Source: Gemmatimonadota bacterium
Lineage (GTDB): Bacteria; Gemmatimonadota; Gemmatimonadetes; Gemmatimonadales; GWC2-71-9
DNA: 64,000 nucleotides
Assembly: GCA_003221005.1 (NCBI GenBank)
Contig: QHTZ01000074.1
Location: 9,088 to 73,087, forward strand
Direction: 5' to 3'
In this document: piece by piece, positions 37,900 to 47,800 of the stretch
Position numbering within the stretch: position 1 is the first letter of the stretch
How the letters are laid out: the number at the start of each line of letters is the position of its first letter
Made by a program: the position numbers and the translations under genes
Notes under the pieces: generated by a model
The model's database searches: none
The model's input: only the letters and a program-made list of their open reading frames with translations
What the model was told of the DNA's origin: nothing

Positions 37900-39177
37900 A
37901 TGAGCATCGCTGTCCTGGGAGTGAACCACCGCACGGCGCCGCTCGAGGTACGCGAGCGCTTCGCCCACGCCCTCCACGAGGTGCCGGGAGCGCTCGCGCG
38001 CGTGCTCGAGGCCGGTGCCGCGGGCGGCGTGCTGCTCTCCACCTGCAACCGCACCGAGTTCTACCTCGCCGAGCCCCAGGAGGCGGTGCCGGAGGCCGTG
38101 TGGACCCTGCTGGGCGAACGCCTGAGCGGGAGGGGGGATAGGGGCGAGCGCAGCGCCCAGCCCTACGGCTACGCCGAGCGCGACCGCGACGCGGTGCGGC
38201 ACCTGTACCGCGTGTCGGCGGGCCTCGATTCCATGGTGCTGGGCGAGTCGCAGATCCAGGGTCAGGTGCGCGACGCGTGGGAGACGTCGCGGCCACAGGC
38301 GGGTCCCGTGCTGCACCGGCTGTTCCAGTCGGCGCTGCTCGTGGGAGCGCGGGTGCGGACCGAGACCAAGCTCGGGACCGGAACGGCCTCGGTGCCCTCG
38401 GCCGCGGTTGCAGTCGCGAGCAAGATCTTCGGTGAGCTCGCGGGACGCTCGGCGCTGATCCTCGGCGCGGGCGACATGGCCGAGCTCGCCGCGAGCTGTC
38501 TCGTGGCGGAGGGTGCCCGGGTGACGCTGGTGGCGAATCGCACCTACGAGCGCGCCCGCGCGATCGCCGAGCAGCTCGGGGCGCGCGCCCTCACCCTCGA
38601 TGAGGCGTGGTCGCACTTCGCCGACACCGACATCGCCCTCTGCTCCACCGCCGCTCCACACGCCGTGGTCACGTGGGAGCGGGTCGCGCCGGCGATTGCC
38701 GGGCGCGGCGGACGGCCGCTGTGCATCCTCGATCTCGCCGTGCCGCGCGACGTCGAGCCCGCCGTCGGGCAGCTGGAGAACGTGTTCCTGTACGACGTGG
38801 ACGACCTCCAGGCCGTCGCGGGCCAGGCCGCTGCCCAGCGCCGCGGCGAGATTCCCGCCGCCGAGCACATCGTGAACGAGGAGGTCGAGCGCTTCTGGGC
38901 CTGGTACGGCGGGCTGGCGGTCGTGCCCGCGCTCAAGGAGTTCCGCGAGCGCCTCGACGCGGTGCGAGCGGTCGAGGTGGACCGCGCGCTGCGGCGGTTC
39001 AAGCACCTGCCCCCGGAGGACCGCGAGCAGCTGGACCAGTTCAGCAAGGCGCTCCTCAACAAATTCCTCCATGAGCCTACGGTGGCCCTGAAGGCGGCGG
39101 CGGATCGCGGGCGCGGCTACGCGCTCCTCGAAGCGTTGAAGGAGCTGTTCGGCCTGGAACGCGGCGATGGGCCGTAA
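37900..39177 (+). CDS. hemA: glutamyl-tRNA reductase
   Basis: 425 aa. Motifs LSTCNRTEFY, GESQILGQV-like GESQIQGQV and LGAGDMAEL. Confidence 0.92.
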   Translation: MSIAVLGVNHRTAPLEVRERFAHALHEVPGALARVLEAGAAGGVLLSTCNRTEFYLAEPQEAVPEAVWTLLGERLSGRGDRGERSAQPYGYAERDRDAVRHLYRVSAGLDSMVLGESQIQGQVRDAWETSRPQAGPVLHRLFQSALLVGARVRTETKLGTGTASVPSAAVAVASKIFGELAGRSALILGAGDMAELAASCLVAEGARVTLVANRTYERARAIAEQLGARALTLDEAWSHFADTDIALCSTAAPHAVVTWERVAPAIAGRGGRPLCILDLAVPRDVEPAVGQLENVFLYDVDDLQAVAGQAAAQRRGEIPAAEHIVNEEVERFWAWYGGLAVVPALKEFRERLDAVRAVEVDRALRRFKHLPPEDREQLDQFSKALLNKFLHEPTVALKAAADRGRGYALLEALKELFGLERGDGP

Positions 39178-40111
39178 GGTTCTCATTACCGGCGGCGCGG
39201 GCTTCGTGGGCTCGCACGTCGTCGACGCCCACCTCGCCGCCGGCGATGACGTGACGGTGCTCGACGACCTTTCAACCGGCCGGCGGGAGAACATTCCCGC
39301 CGGCGTCCGCTTTGTGCACGCCGACGTTCGCTCCCCGGAGGCGCGGGAGCTCGTCGCCCGGGGTGGGTTCGTGCTCTTGAACCATCACGCCGCCCAGATG
39401 GACGTGCGGCGCTCCGTGGCGGACCCGCTGTTCGACGCGGGCGTCAACCTCGTTGGCCTCCTGAATTTGCTCGAGGGCGCCCGCGCCGGCGGCCTGCGGC
39501 GCGTCGTGTTTGCCTCGTCGGGCGGCGTCGTGTACGGCGAGCGCGGCCCGTTTCCGCTGCTCGAGACGGCCGCCAAGCTCCCCGTCTCTCCCTACGGTGC
39601 CGCCAAGCTCGCTTCGGAGTACTACCTCGCGACCTACGCCCATCTGTTCGGACTGGAGACTGTCGCCCTGCGCTACAGCAACGTGTATGGGCCCCGCCAG
39701 CGGGGCGACGGGGAGGCGGGCGTCGTGGCGATCTTCGGGCGACGCCTCCTCAAGGGGGAGGCCCTGACCATTTTCGGTGACGGCGAGCAGACGCGCGACC
39801 TCGTGTACGTGACAGACGTGGCGGAGGCGAACGTCGCCGCGAGCCGGAGACCGCTCGCGCCGCTCGACGGCATCGACGCGCACGCCTTCAACGTCGGCAC
39901 CGCCGTGGAGACCTCGGTGAACCGCTTGGCGGAGCTGATGGGCGCGGCGGCGGGACGAGCGCCGCAGGTGGCGCACGCAGCCGCGCGCGCCGGCGAGCTC
40001 CCACGCAGCGTGCTCACCGTGGACAAGGCGGCGCGCGAGCTCGGCTGGCGGCCTCGTACCGCGCTCGCCGATGGCTTGCGCGCCACGCTGCGCTTTCTTG
40101 CAGAGGATTGA
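39167..40111 (+). CDS. NAD-dependent epimerase/dehydratase (GalE-like)
   Basis: 314 aa. Motifs VLITGGAGFVGSH, PVSPYGAAKLASE and RYSNVYGPRQ. Confidence 0.8.
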   Translation: MGRKVLITGGAGFVGSHVVDAHLAAGDDVTVLDDLSTGRRENIPAGVRFVHADVRSPEARELVARGGFVLLNHHAAQMDVRRSVADPLFDAGVNLVGLLNLLEGARAGGLRRVVFASSGGVVYGERGPFPLLETAAKLPVSPYGAAKLASEYYLATYAHLFGLETVALRYSNVYGPRQRGDGEAGVVAIFGRRLLKGEALTIFGDGEQTRDLVYVTDVAEANVAASRRPLAPLDGIDAHAFNVGTAVETSVNRLAELMGAAAGRAPQVAHAAARAGELPRSVLTVDKAARELGWRPRTALADGLRATLRFLAED

Positions 40112-40831
40112 GTGTTCCTCCAGGTAGGCCGTGCGGTTCCGACCACCCCATGGGACCTGGTGCTGACCTCGAGCCGCGAGACCAAGTTCGTGCTCGCGAT
40201 CCTGGTCGCGTTCTCGCTCGTTTCGTGGTACCTGATCTTTCTCAAGTGGTGGCAATTCCGCCGCCTGCGGCGTCAGGCTGATCGCTTCTTGACGGAGATC
40301 GAGAAGGCGGCCCGGCTTGACGACGCCTACCATGCCGCCATGCGGCTCCCTGCGTCCCCCTACAACCGGTTGCTGCGCGAAGGGATTCACTTCTTCTCCG
40401 AGCTCAAACCGGGCGGCCTGAAGAGTGACGGGCCCGTGGGCGTGGCGCAGGGCACGCTCACCGCGACCCAGCTCGAGGCGTTGCGGATGGTCCTCGCCAA
40501 GGATGTGGCGGCCGAGCGCGACGCCGCGGCGCGGTTCATCCCGTGGCTCGCGACGTTCGGGTCGGTCAGCCCGCTGCTCGGCCTGCTGGGAACGGTGCTG
40601 GGCGTGATGGACGCATTCATCGGGATCGCCGTCGGGGGTTCGGGGAACATCGCGGCTGTCGCGCCCGGGGTCGCGGAGGCGCTCGTGACGACGGTCATGG
40701 GTCTCGCGGTCGCCGTCCCGTCGGTGATGGCGTATAACCTGTTCGTGAGCCGGTTGGGACTGTTCGCCGGAGAGCTGGAGGGGTTCGCGCAGGAGATCAT
40801 CGGCACCATGGCGCGCGAAGGGTGGCTCTGA
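40112..40831 (+). CDS. tolQ: Tol-Pal system protein TolQ (MotA/TolQ/ExbB channel)
   Basis: 239 aa with three TM segments and motif LGLLGTVLGVMDAF. First gene of a tol-pal cluster. Confidence 0.85.
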   Translation: MFLQVGRAVPTTPWDLVLTSSRETKFVLAILVAFSLVSWYLIFLKWWQFRRLRRQADRFLTEIEKAARLDDAYHAAMRLPASPYNRLLREGIHFFSELKPGGLKSDGPVGVAQGTLTATQLEALRMVLAKDVAAERDAAARFIPWLATFGSVSPLLGLLGTVLGVMDAFIGIAVGGSGNIAAVAPGVAEALVTTVMGLAVAVPSVMAYNLFVSRLGLFAGELEGFAQEIIGTMAREGWL

Positions 40832-41269
40832 GTGGCCGGGCTGCTCGGTGGTGGAGGGGGACTGCGTGGGCACGGCGAGCTGCCCCTCAACGCCGATATC
40901 AACGTCACGTCGCTCGTGGACGTCGCGTTCGTCCTCCTCATCATCTTCATGATCACGGCGCCCATCATGCAGGGAGGCGTGGACGTGCGCCTCCCGCGCG
41001 CCGAGGCCCGCCCGCTCGAGCCGAAGCAGGGCCTCGTCATCACGCTCGACCGGGACGGCAAGATCTACCTCGACCAATCGCCGCTCTCCTACGAGGACTT
41101 CCGGGCCACATTTCCCGCGTTTGTGCGAACCAAACACCCGACCGGGGTGTACCTCCGGGCCGATGGTCGCGTTCCGTATGTCGATGTCGTTCAGGTGCTG
41201 GCCGTGATTCGCACGGCGGGCGTCGCGGACGTGGGCCTCGTGGCCGAACCGGAGACGATCGAGCGGTGA
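40832..41269 (+). CDS. tolR: Tol-Pal system protein TolR (ExbD family)
   Basis: 145 aa. Motifs DINVTSLVDVAFVLLIIFMITAP and VYLRADGRVPY. Confidence 0.85.
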   Translation: MAGLLGGGGGLRGHGELPLNADINVTSLVDVAFVLLIIFMITAPIMQGGVDVRLPRAEARPLEPKQGLVITLDRDGKIYLDQSPLSYEDFRATFPAFVRTKHPTGVYLRADGRVPYVDVVQVLAVIRTAGVADVGLVAEPETIER

Positions 41270-41952
41270 GAGGGCGCCGCCCGCTGCCGGGGAACACGGG
41301 CCTGGGACTGGCGGGGACCGCGGTGGTGCATGGGCTCGCCGGCATCATCCTGTTCGGTAGCACCGCGCGTCACCGGCCGCCGCCACCGGTGTATAAGGTC
41401 CAACTGATCGCAGCCCCGGAGCCGGGCGCGGAGACGCGGAAAGCGCCGGAGGCGGTGGAGCGGCCGGCCGCGGAGCAGCCGGCGCCGGCGCTCAAACCCA
41501 AGCCGCAGCCGAAGAGCACGGTGTCCAAGGCGGCGCCGCCCCCGGCCCCTGACGCGGCGCACCGCGAAGCGGCGCCGCGCACCACTCCCAAGACGGCTCC
41601 GCTCCCCGGCGAGAAACCTTCGACGGGGAGCGACGTCGCCACGGTGAGCACGGAGGGCGTGGAGTTCCCCTACCCCGAGTATCTGCAGAACATCGTGACG
41701 CAGATCCTGCGGCGCTGGCAACGGCCGTTCCAGAGCACACCTCTGGAATCGGAAGTCTCCTTCTTCATTCACCGCGACGGCGCGATCACCGACCTGCAGT
41801 TCGTCAAGCGCTCCGGCAACTTCGCCTTCGATCTCGAAGCCGAGGGCGCCGTCGAAGAAGCGGGCCGGTTCAAGGCGTTCGGCGCCCTGCCAGCGGGGTG
41901 GCAGCCGGACGTGCTGTACGTGCGGTTCTACTTCAGCGGACGAAGGCAATAA
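41266..41952 (+). CDS. TolA/TonB-like energy transducer
   Basis: GTG at 41266 (GTGA overlap). One TM segment, a Pro/Ala/Lys-rich linker, and a TonB_C-like end YPEYLQNIVTQILRRW...VRFYF. Confidence 0.75.
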   Translation: MRGRRPLPGNTGLGLAGTAVVHGLAGIILFGSTARHRPPPPVYKVQLIAAPEPGAETRKAPEAVERPAAEQPAPALKPKPQPKSTVSKAAPPPAPDAAHREAAPRTTPKTAPLPGEKPSTGSDVATVSTEGVEFPYPEYLQNIVTQILRRWQRPFQSTPLESEVSFFIHRDGAITDLQFVKRSGNFAFDLEAEGAVEEAGRFKAFGALPAGWQPDVLYVRFYFSGRRQ

Positions 41953-43374
41953 ATGCGACGGAAAGACGGAAGGACGGAAGGACGGAAGTTGTGCTGGGCG
42001 GCGGTCGGCTGCTTGCTCACTCTTTCCGTCCTTCCGTCGTTCCGTCTTTCCGCCCAGGATACCTCCGCCATCGACCGCGGCGTCCGCATCGGGATCGTCT
42101 ATCGGCCCGGTGTCAGACCCGGCGTCGTCCTGCTTCCCGATCGATCCACGGCGCTCGATTCGGTGCGCGCCATCCTGGCGCGTGACCTCGACTACAGCGA
42201 CCGCTTCGAGCTCATCACGCTGCCTGGTGGCGACTCGATCCGCGTGAGCGCGCCAGCCGCCGCCCGCGCGCCGGGCGCGCGCACGACGGCGGGTGCGCGG
42301 GCCCACACGGGCGGTGAGGCGGCGGGGCTCAATTACCCGTTGTACCAGGCGCTAGGCGCCGATTTCGCTATCGCGCTCGCCGCCGTGCGCGATACCACCC
42401 AGGTGACGATCCACGATGTGACGGCCGGCGCGGTGCGGCGACTCCTGAAGGCCCGTCTCCCCACGGCGACGTCGTCCCAGTTCCGAATGGCAGTGCACCG
42501 GCTCGCCGACAAGATTGTCGAAGCGACGCTCGGCACCGCGGGGACCGCGGCCACCCGCGTCCTCTTCGTGATGGACGGCAAGCTGTACCAGATCGACTCG
42601 GATGGCGCGGGCTTCAAGGAGATTCTCTCGACGAAAGGCCGCGCGATCCTGTCCCCCGTCTGGGACCGCGACGGGCGGCGCATTGCGTACATGGAGTTCT
42701 GGTCCGGACACGGTCAGCTCTTCGTCCAGGATGCCGCTACCGGCCGTCGCCGCGCCGTTACCGACGGCGCTACGCTGGACTTCACGCCGGTCTTCTCGCC
42801 CGACGGCAAGGGCCTGACGTTCAGCCGCGCCATCGAAGAAGGCACCGACGTGTACACGTTCAACCTCCGGGACAACTGCTGTTTACAGCGCTTGACCGTC
42901 GGGAGGTTTTCTGACAACTTGTCTCCGGCCTACAGTCCAGACGGGCAGCGCATCGCGTTCGTGTCGACCCGGCCGGGCTTGCCGCAGATCTACGTGATGG
43001 CGGCGGACGGGACCGACGAGCAGTTGTTCGCGCCGTTTGACTACGGGGTGACCGGCTCATCCAACGCGCCCGACTGGTCGCCCGATGGGCAGTCGGTAGC
43101 ATTTCATCGCGACGTGGCCGGGACGCTGCAGGTGTTCGTGCTGGATGTGCGGACGCGCACGGTCCGTCAGCTCACCTCCTTGGGGCGGAATGAAGACCCC
43201 ACTTGGGCGCCCGACAGCCGGCACGTGGCGTTTGTCTCCGATCGCTCGGGGTATCGGCAGCTCTGGGTGATCGACATGGAAACGGGTCGCATCCGGCCGC
43301 TGCTGCAGCAGAGCGGCGTCCGTTTGCCGGCATGGTCTCCGCGGCTTCCGGAGACCGAACAGTCCACCCCTTGA
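41953..43374 (+). CDS. tolB: Tol-Pal system beta-propeller protein TolB
   Basis: 473 aa with TAAATG junction to the upstream gene. Signal peptide MRRKDGRTEGRKLCWAAVGCLLTLSVLPSFRLSAQD. Repeated PxWSPDG motifs (FSPDGKGL, YSPDGQRI, WSPDGQSV, WAPDSRHV). TTG 41989 is an alternative start. Confidence 0.88.
   Translation: MRRKDGRTEGRKLCWAAVGCLLTLSVLPSFRLSAQDTSAIDRGVRIGIVYRPGVRPGVVLLPDRSTALDSVRAILARDLDYSDRFELITLPGGDSIRVSAPAAARAPGARTTAGARAHTGGEAAGLNYPLYQALGADFAIALAAVRDTTQVTIHDVTAGAVRRLLKARLPTATSSQFRMAVHRLADKIVEATLGTAGTAATRVLFVMDGKLYQIDSDGAGFKEILSTKGRAILSPVWDRDGRRIAYMEFWSGHGQLFVQDAATGRRRAVTDGATLDFTPVFSPDGKGLTFSRAIEEGTDVYTFNLRDNCCLQRLTVGRFSDNLSPAYSPDGQRIAFVSTRPGLPQIYVMAADGTDEQLFAPFDYGVTGSSNAPDWSPDGQSVAFHRDVAGTLQVFVLDVRTRTVRQLTSLGRNEDPTWAPDSRHVAFVSDRSGYRQLWVIDMETGRIRPLLQQSGVRLPAWSPRLPETEQSTP
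41957..42054. repeat. ~30-bp-stem hairpin built from inverted octamer arrays, overlapping the tolB 5' end
   Basis: Left arm GACGGAAA GACGGAAG GACGGAAG GACGGAAG (41957-41988), a 33-nt loop, and right arm CTTTCCGTC CTTCCGTC GTTCCGTC TTTCCGCC (42022-42054). I counted 29 Watson-Crick pairs with one bulge and two mismatches. Confidence 0.8.
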
Positions 43375-43391
43375 CCTGGAGAGCGCCTCAC

Positions 43392-44006
43392 ATGACACGC
43401 CCACTGCTGCTTGTGCTGGCCGGCCTCGTCACCGCGGGCGTGGTTGCCTGCGGGGGCAATCCGCAGCCTGCGACGCCCGCGCCGCAGGCCAATGCGGATT
43501 CGATCGCGGCCGCAGAGAAGGCACGGCAGGACTCCATCGCGGCGGCGGAGGCCGCGGCGCGGGCCCGTGAAGAGGCCGAGCGGGTCGCCCGGCAGCGCAC
43601 CGCCGATTCACTGGCGGCGCTCGGCCGCGGCACCGAAGCGGTCCGCACGATGCTCGCCACGATGATTCACTTCGACTTCGACAAGTCGAACATCCGCTCG
43701 GACGACGCCGGGACGCTCGACCAGAAGGTCGGGATCCTTCAGGCGAATTCCAATGCGCACATCCGCATCGCGGGGCATTGTGACGAGCGCGGCTCCGACG
43801 AGTACAACCTGGCCCTGGGCAACCGCCGCGCGACCGCGGCCAAGCAATACCTGGTGAGTCACGGCATCGACGGGGGCCGCATCGAGACACAGTCGTTCGG
43901 CAAGGAGCGGCCGCTCGACCCGGGGCACAACGAAGAAGCGTGGTCGAAGAACCGCCGCGACGAGTTCGACATCACCAGCGGCGGCGACGCGCTGAGACAG
44001 CCGTAA
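43392..44006 (+). CDS. pal: peptidoglycan-associated lipoprotein (OmpA-like)
   Basis: ATG at 43392 gives MTRPLLLVLAGLVTAGVVACGG, a lipobox. OmpA_C motifs IRIAGHCDERGSDEYNLALGNRRA and NRRDEF. Confidence 0.9.
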   Translation: MTRPLLLVLAGLVTAGVVACGGNPQPATPAPQANADSIAAAEKARQDSIAAAEAAARAREEAERVARQRTADSLAALGRGTEAVRTMLATMIHFDFDKSNIRSDDAGTLDQKVGILQANSNAHIRIAGHCDERGSDEYNLALGNRRATAAKQYLVSHGIDGGRIETQSFGKERPLDPGHNEEAWSKNRRDEFDITSGGDALRQP

Positions 44007-44017
44007 GGACCCTTCGG

Positions 44018-44803
44018 TTGCTGCGAAAACTGTCGTTGATGCTCGGTGTCGCACTGCTCGGCGGATGCGCCCTCAAGGGGGACGTCCGCCGAGTTGAGTT
44101 GCAGGTCGCGGCGTTGAAGGCGGACTTGAGCGATGCGGACGCGGCGCGCAAGGCGCAGATCGATTCGCTGCTGGCCCTCGTCGCCGCCGTGCAGCAGGCG
44201 CTCGGCGCGCAGCAGCAGTATCTCGTTCGAATGCGCGGTGACGTCCGGACCGATCTCCTGTCCGTACAGCAGCAGCTGGTCGCGGTCCAGGAGCTCACCG
44301 GGCAGAGCCAGCAACGTCTGACCGAGCTGCGCGGCCGTCTCGAGGAGCAGGCGCGACAGCCGGTGCCCCCGGTCGACAACCCCAATCCCACCGGGGCACC
44401 GGTCGGGCCGTCGGGCACCGTGGCAGGTCCGGGCCCCGACCGGATGTACGAACTCTCGCTCCAGCAGTACCGGCGTGGCAGCCTCGCCACCGCGCGCGTC
44501 GCCTTCCGCGAGTTCCTGCGGCTCTACCCCACTCATGACCGGGCGCCCGACGCGCTGTTCTACATCGGCGAGACGTTCGGCGGCGAGAACGCCGATTCGG
44601 CCGCCGCCGTGTATCAACAGGTCGTGAAGACCTATCCCAACTCCACACGGGCTCCCTCGGCCCTGTACAAGCTGGGCCTCCTCGCCGAGACCCGGGGCGA
44701 CAAGGCGACCGCTCGGACCTACTACCAACGGGTCGTGGCGGGATATCCCCGCTCGGACGAAGCCAACCTCGCCCGCGACAAGCTTCAGCGACTGGGGCGT
44801 TAG
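44018..44803 (+). CDS. cpoB: Tol-Pal system protein CpoB/YbgF
   Basis: TTG at 44018 gives a lipobox-like signal (LRKLSLMLGVALLGGCAL); ATG 44039 is an alternative. Coiled coil followed by TPR (YPTHDRAPDALFYIGE, YPNSTRAPSALYKLG, YPRSDEA). Confidence 0.8.
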   Translation: MLRKLSLMLGVALLGGCALKGDVRRVELQVAALKADLSDADAARKAQIDSLLALVAAVQQALGAQQQYLVRMRGDVRTDLLSVQQQLVAVQELTGQSQQRLTELRGRLEEQARQPVPPVDNPNPTGAPVGPSGTVAGPGPDRMYELSLQQYRRGSLATARVAFREFLRLYPTHDRAPDALFYIGETFGGENADSAAAVYQQVVKTYPNSTRAPSALYKLGLLAETRGDKATARTYYQRVVAGYPRSDEANLARDKLQRLGR

Positions 44804-44827
44804 TCCTCCCCGCCCCCGGCGGCGCAC

Positions 44828-47800
44828 GTGCCTGACGAACCCACGCGGGGCGAGATGCCCTTCCTCGATCACCTCGAGGAACTGCGCTGGCGCATCCTGT
44901 ACAGTCTGCTCGCCGTGCTCGTCGGAACGCTTGTCGGGTGGGTCATCGTCGAGCGGATCGACGTCATCGGGCTGCTGATCCGCCCGATCGCGCCGCTCAT
45001 TCCCGGCGGCCGTCTCAAGTTCACGAGCCCCACCGAGCCGTTCTTCATCACGCTGAAGTTCGCCTTCGCTGTGGGGGTGCTGCTCGCTTCGCCCGTCGTC
45101 ATCTACCAGATCTGGGCGTTCCTCGCCCCAGCGCTGTACGAGCGGGAGAAGCGCGTGATCGTTCCAGCCCTCTCGATCGGGGTGCTGTTGTTTCTCGCCG
45201 GGGCAGCAGCGGCGTACCTCTGGGTGCTGCCCCGGGCCCTGATCGTGCTGCTCAGTTTCCAGCGCGAAATTCTCGAGCCGATCATCACGGCGGACAAGTA
45301 CTTCGGTTTCGCGGCTCAGATCATCATCGCCTTCGGTCTCGTGACCGAGCTGCCGCTCGTCATCGTGATCCTCGCGGCGCTCGGCCTGGTGACGCCGCAG
45401 TTCCTGGTGCGCCACCGCCGCTATGCCATCGTGCTGTCGGCCCTCGCCGCGGCGCTCCTCTCCCCGCCTGACGCGGTCTCGATGGTGCTCATGATGGTCC
45501 CGCTGTGGCTGCTGTACGAGGTGAGCATCTTCTGCGCCTGGGTCGTGACCAAGCGCCGCGCCCGCCGCGAGCAGGCGGCCCACCGCGCCGCGCTGGTGCT
45601 GCTCCTGTTGAGCGGCGTGGCGGCGGGCCGCGTCGGGGCTCAGGGCGTCCCACCACGCGCCGATACGAGCGCCGGGCGGCCGGGGACGCCCGTGCGCGGC
45701 CAGACCATCGACACCGCGGCCGCGCGCAAGCTCGGCCTTCCCACGGGGCCGACCCGCAGCTTTCCCGCGAGCGACCAGGTGATGGACTCGCTGCTCCGGC
45801 TCAAGGGATACCGTGTCACCCAGTACCTGGCCGACACGCTGATCGTCGCCGGCGACAGCCAGACCATCTTCCTCCGTGGGGAGGCGTTCGTCGACCGCCA
45901 GGGCACCAAGCTCGAGGCCGACTCGGTGCGCTACCGCGAGGCGAGCTGCCGGCTGGACGCCACCGGGGACCCGCGGCTCTTTGACCAGGGCACCGTGATG
46001 GTGGGCGAGGGCATGCGCTACGACACGTGCGTCCGGCGCGGCACGGTGCGGCAGGCTTTCACGGATTTCCGGCAGGGGGCGGCGACCTGGTATGTGCGCG
46101 GCGACCTGGCGGTCGATTCGGGCTCGACCCGGGTGTACGGAGCCTCGAGCGAGATCACGTCCGACGACCACCCCGTGCCGGACTACCACTTCGCCACCGG
46201 ACAGGTGAAGTGGCTCAACAAGAGCGTAATGATCGCCCGCCCCGCGGTCCTCTACGTCCGCGACGTGCCGATTCTGTGGCTGCCGTTCATTTTCCAGGAC
46301 ATCCGACCGGGCCGCCGCAGTGGTGTCCTGGTGCCGCGCTTCGGCCTGAACGACCTGATCCGGCAGACGCGCAGCTACCAGCGGCACTTTTCCAACCTGG
46401 GTTACTACTGGGTCGTGAACGACTACCTGGACCTGCTCGCGTCGGCCGATTGGTACGCCGGCCGGAACGTGACGCTGCGGGGCCAGTCACGCTACCGCTG
46501 GCTGGACCGCTTCGTCACTGGCAGCTTCACGTTCGCACGGGTGGATCAGCTCGACAGCCCGGCGTCCTCGATGCAGCTCAGCTGGCAGCACCAGCAGAGC
46601 TTCGACAGCCGCACCAGCTTCAACGCCAGCATCAATTACGCGACGAGTGGCACGGTGCTGCAGCAGAATTCGGTCGACCCCTATCTCGCGACCGCGCAGC
46701 TGTCGTCGCAGTTGAACTTCAGCAAGCGATTCGACTGGGGGGCGCTGAACGTCGGCGGGAGCCGCTCCCAGGATCTTTCGAGCGGCGCGGTGACCCAAAG
46801 CTTCCCCGGGGTAACCCTCACCCCCTCGCCGGTCAACATCACGCCCGACATCACCTGGTCGCCCGGGTTCTCGTTCACGAACCAGCAGTCGTTCCACTCG
46901 GGGCCTCCAACGCTGCTCCCGTTCCCCGGCACGGGCGCGGCGCTGGACACGGTCGCCCTGTTCAGCGCCAGCCGCCAGTCCGCCATCAGCCTGCAGACGC
47001 CGCTCCGCGTCGGCCGGTGGAACTGGGCCAACAGCATCACCATCAATGACGCCACAAGCGACCAGCGCCGGGAGTTCGCCATCCCGGATTCCACGGTACC
47101 TGGGGGCCGGCGCCGCAGGCTGTATGCGTCCACCTTTGCCACCCAGATCGATTGGCAAACGGGCATCAACCTCCCCCAGGTCCTGTCGGGTACATGGAAG
47201 GTCCAGCCGGGCCTCTCGATCGTGAACACGACGTCCGCCGGGCCGTTCATGCTGCGCAACCAGTTCACCAACGGGCAGTTCGTCGAGCAGGGGAAGCGCC
47301 TGCAATTCAGTGCGGGCATGCGCCCCACGTTGTTCGGCTTCTTCCCTGGATTCGGGCCGCTCGCGCGGATCCGGCATTCGATTTCACCGATCATCGACTG
47401 GCGCTACGCTCAGGGTAAGGACGTGGATAGCCTGTTCGCGTACGCGCTCGATCCGACGCGCACCACGCTCAACGCGCGTAGCGACGCGCAGCAGACGATC
47501 AGCATCGGACTGTCGCAGAACTTCGAAGGAAAGCTCCGCCCCCCGCCGCACGACACCGGCCAGCAGCAGGCACGCAAGCTGCGGTTACTGAGCATCAACA
47601 CCGACCCGATCTCGTACAACTTCGAGCAGGCCAAGCAACCGGGGCAGACCGGGTGGCAGACGCAGACCGTCGGGAACACGTTCGCGTCGGACCTGCTCCC
47701 GAATTTCAGCCTGCGGCTGGTGCACGATCTCTGGGACGGGCCGGTGGGGCGCGATTCCTCCAAATTCGCGCCGTTCCTCACGAGCGTGAACGCGAGCTTC

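Noticed and set aside
45545-45580. Twin-arginine (Tat) signal on the LptD-like part, because of KRRARRE right after TatC
   Set aside because: The sequence does not fit the S/T-R-R-x-F-L-K consensus, and a beta-barrel precursor is expected to use Sec. I treat it as a generic basic n-region.
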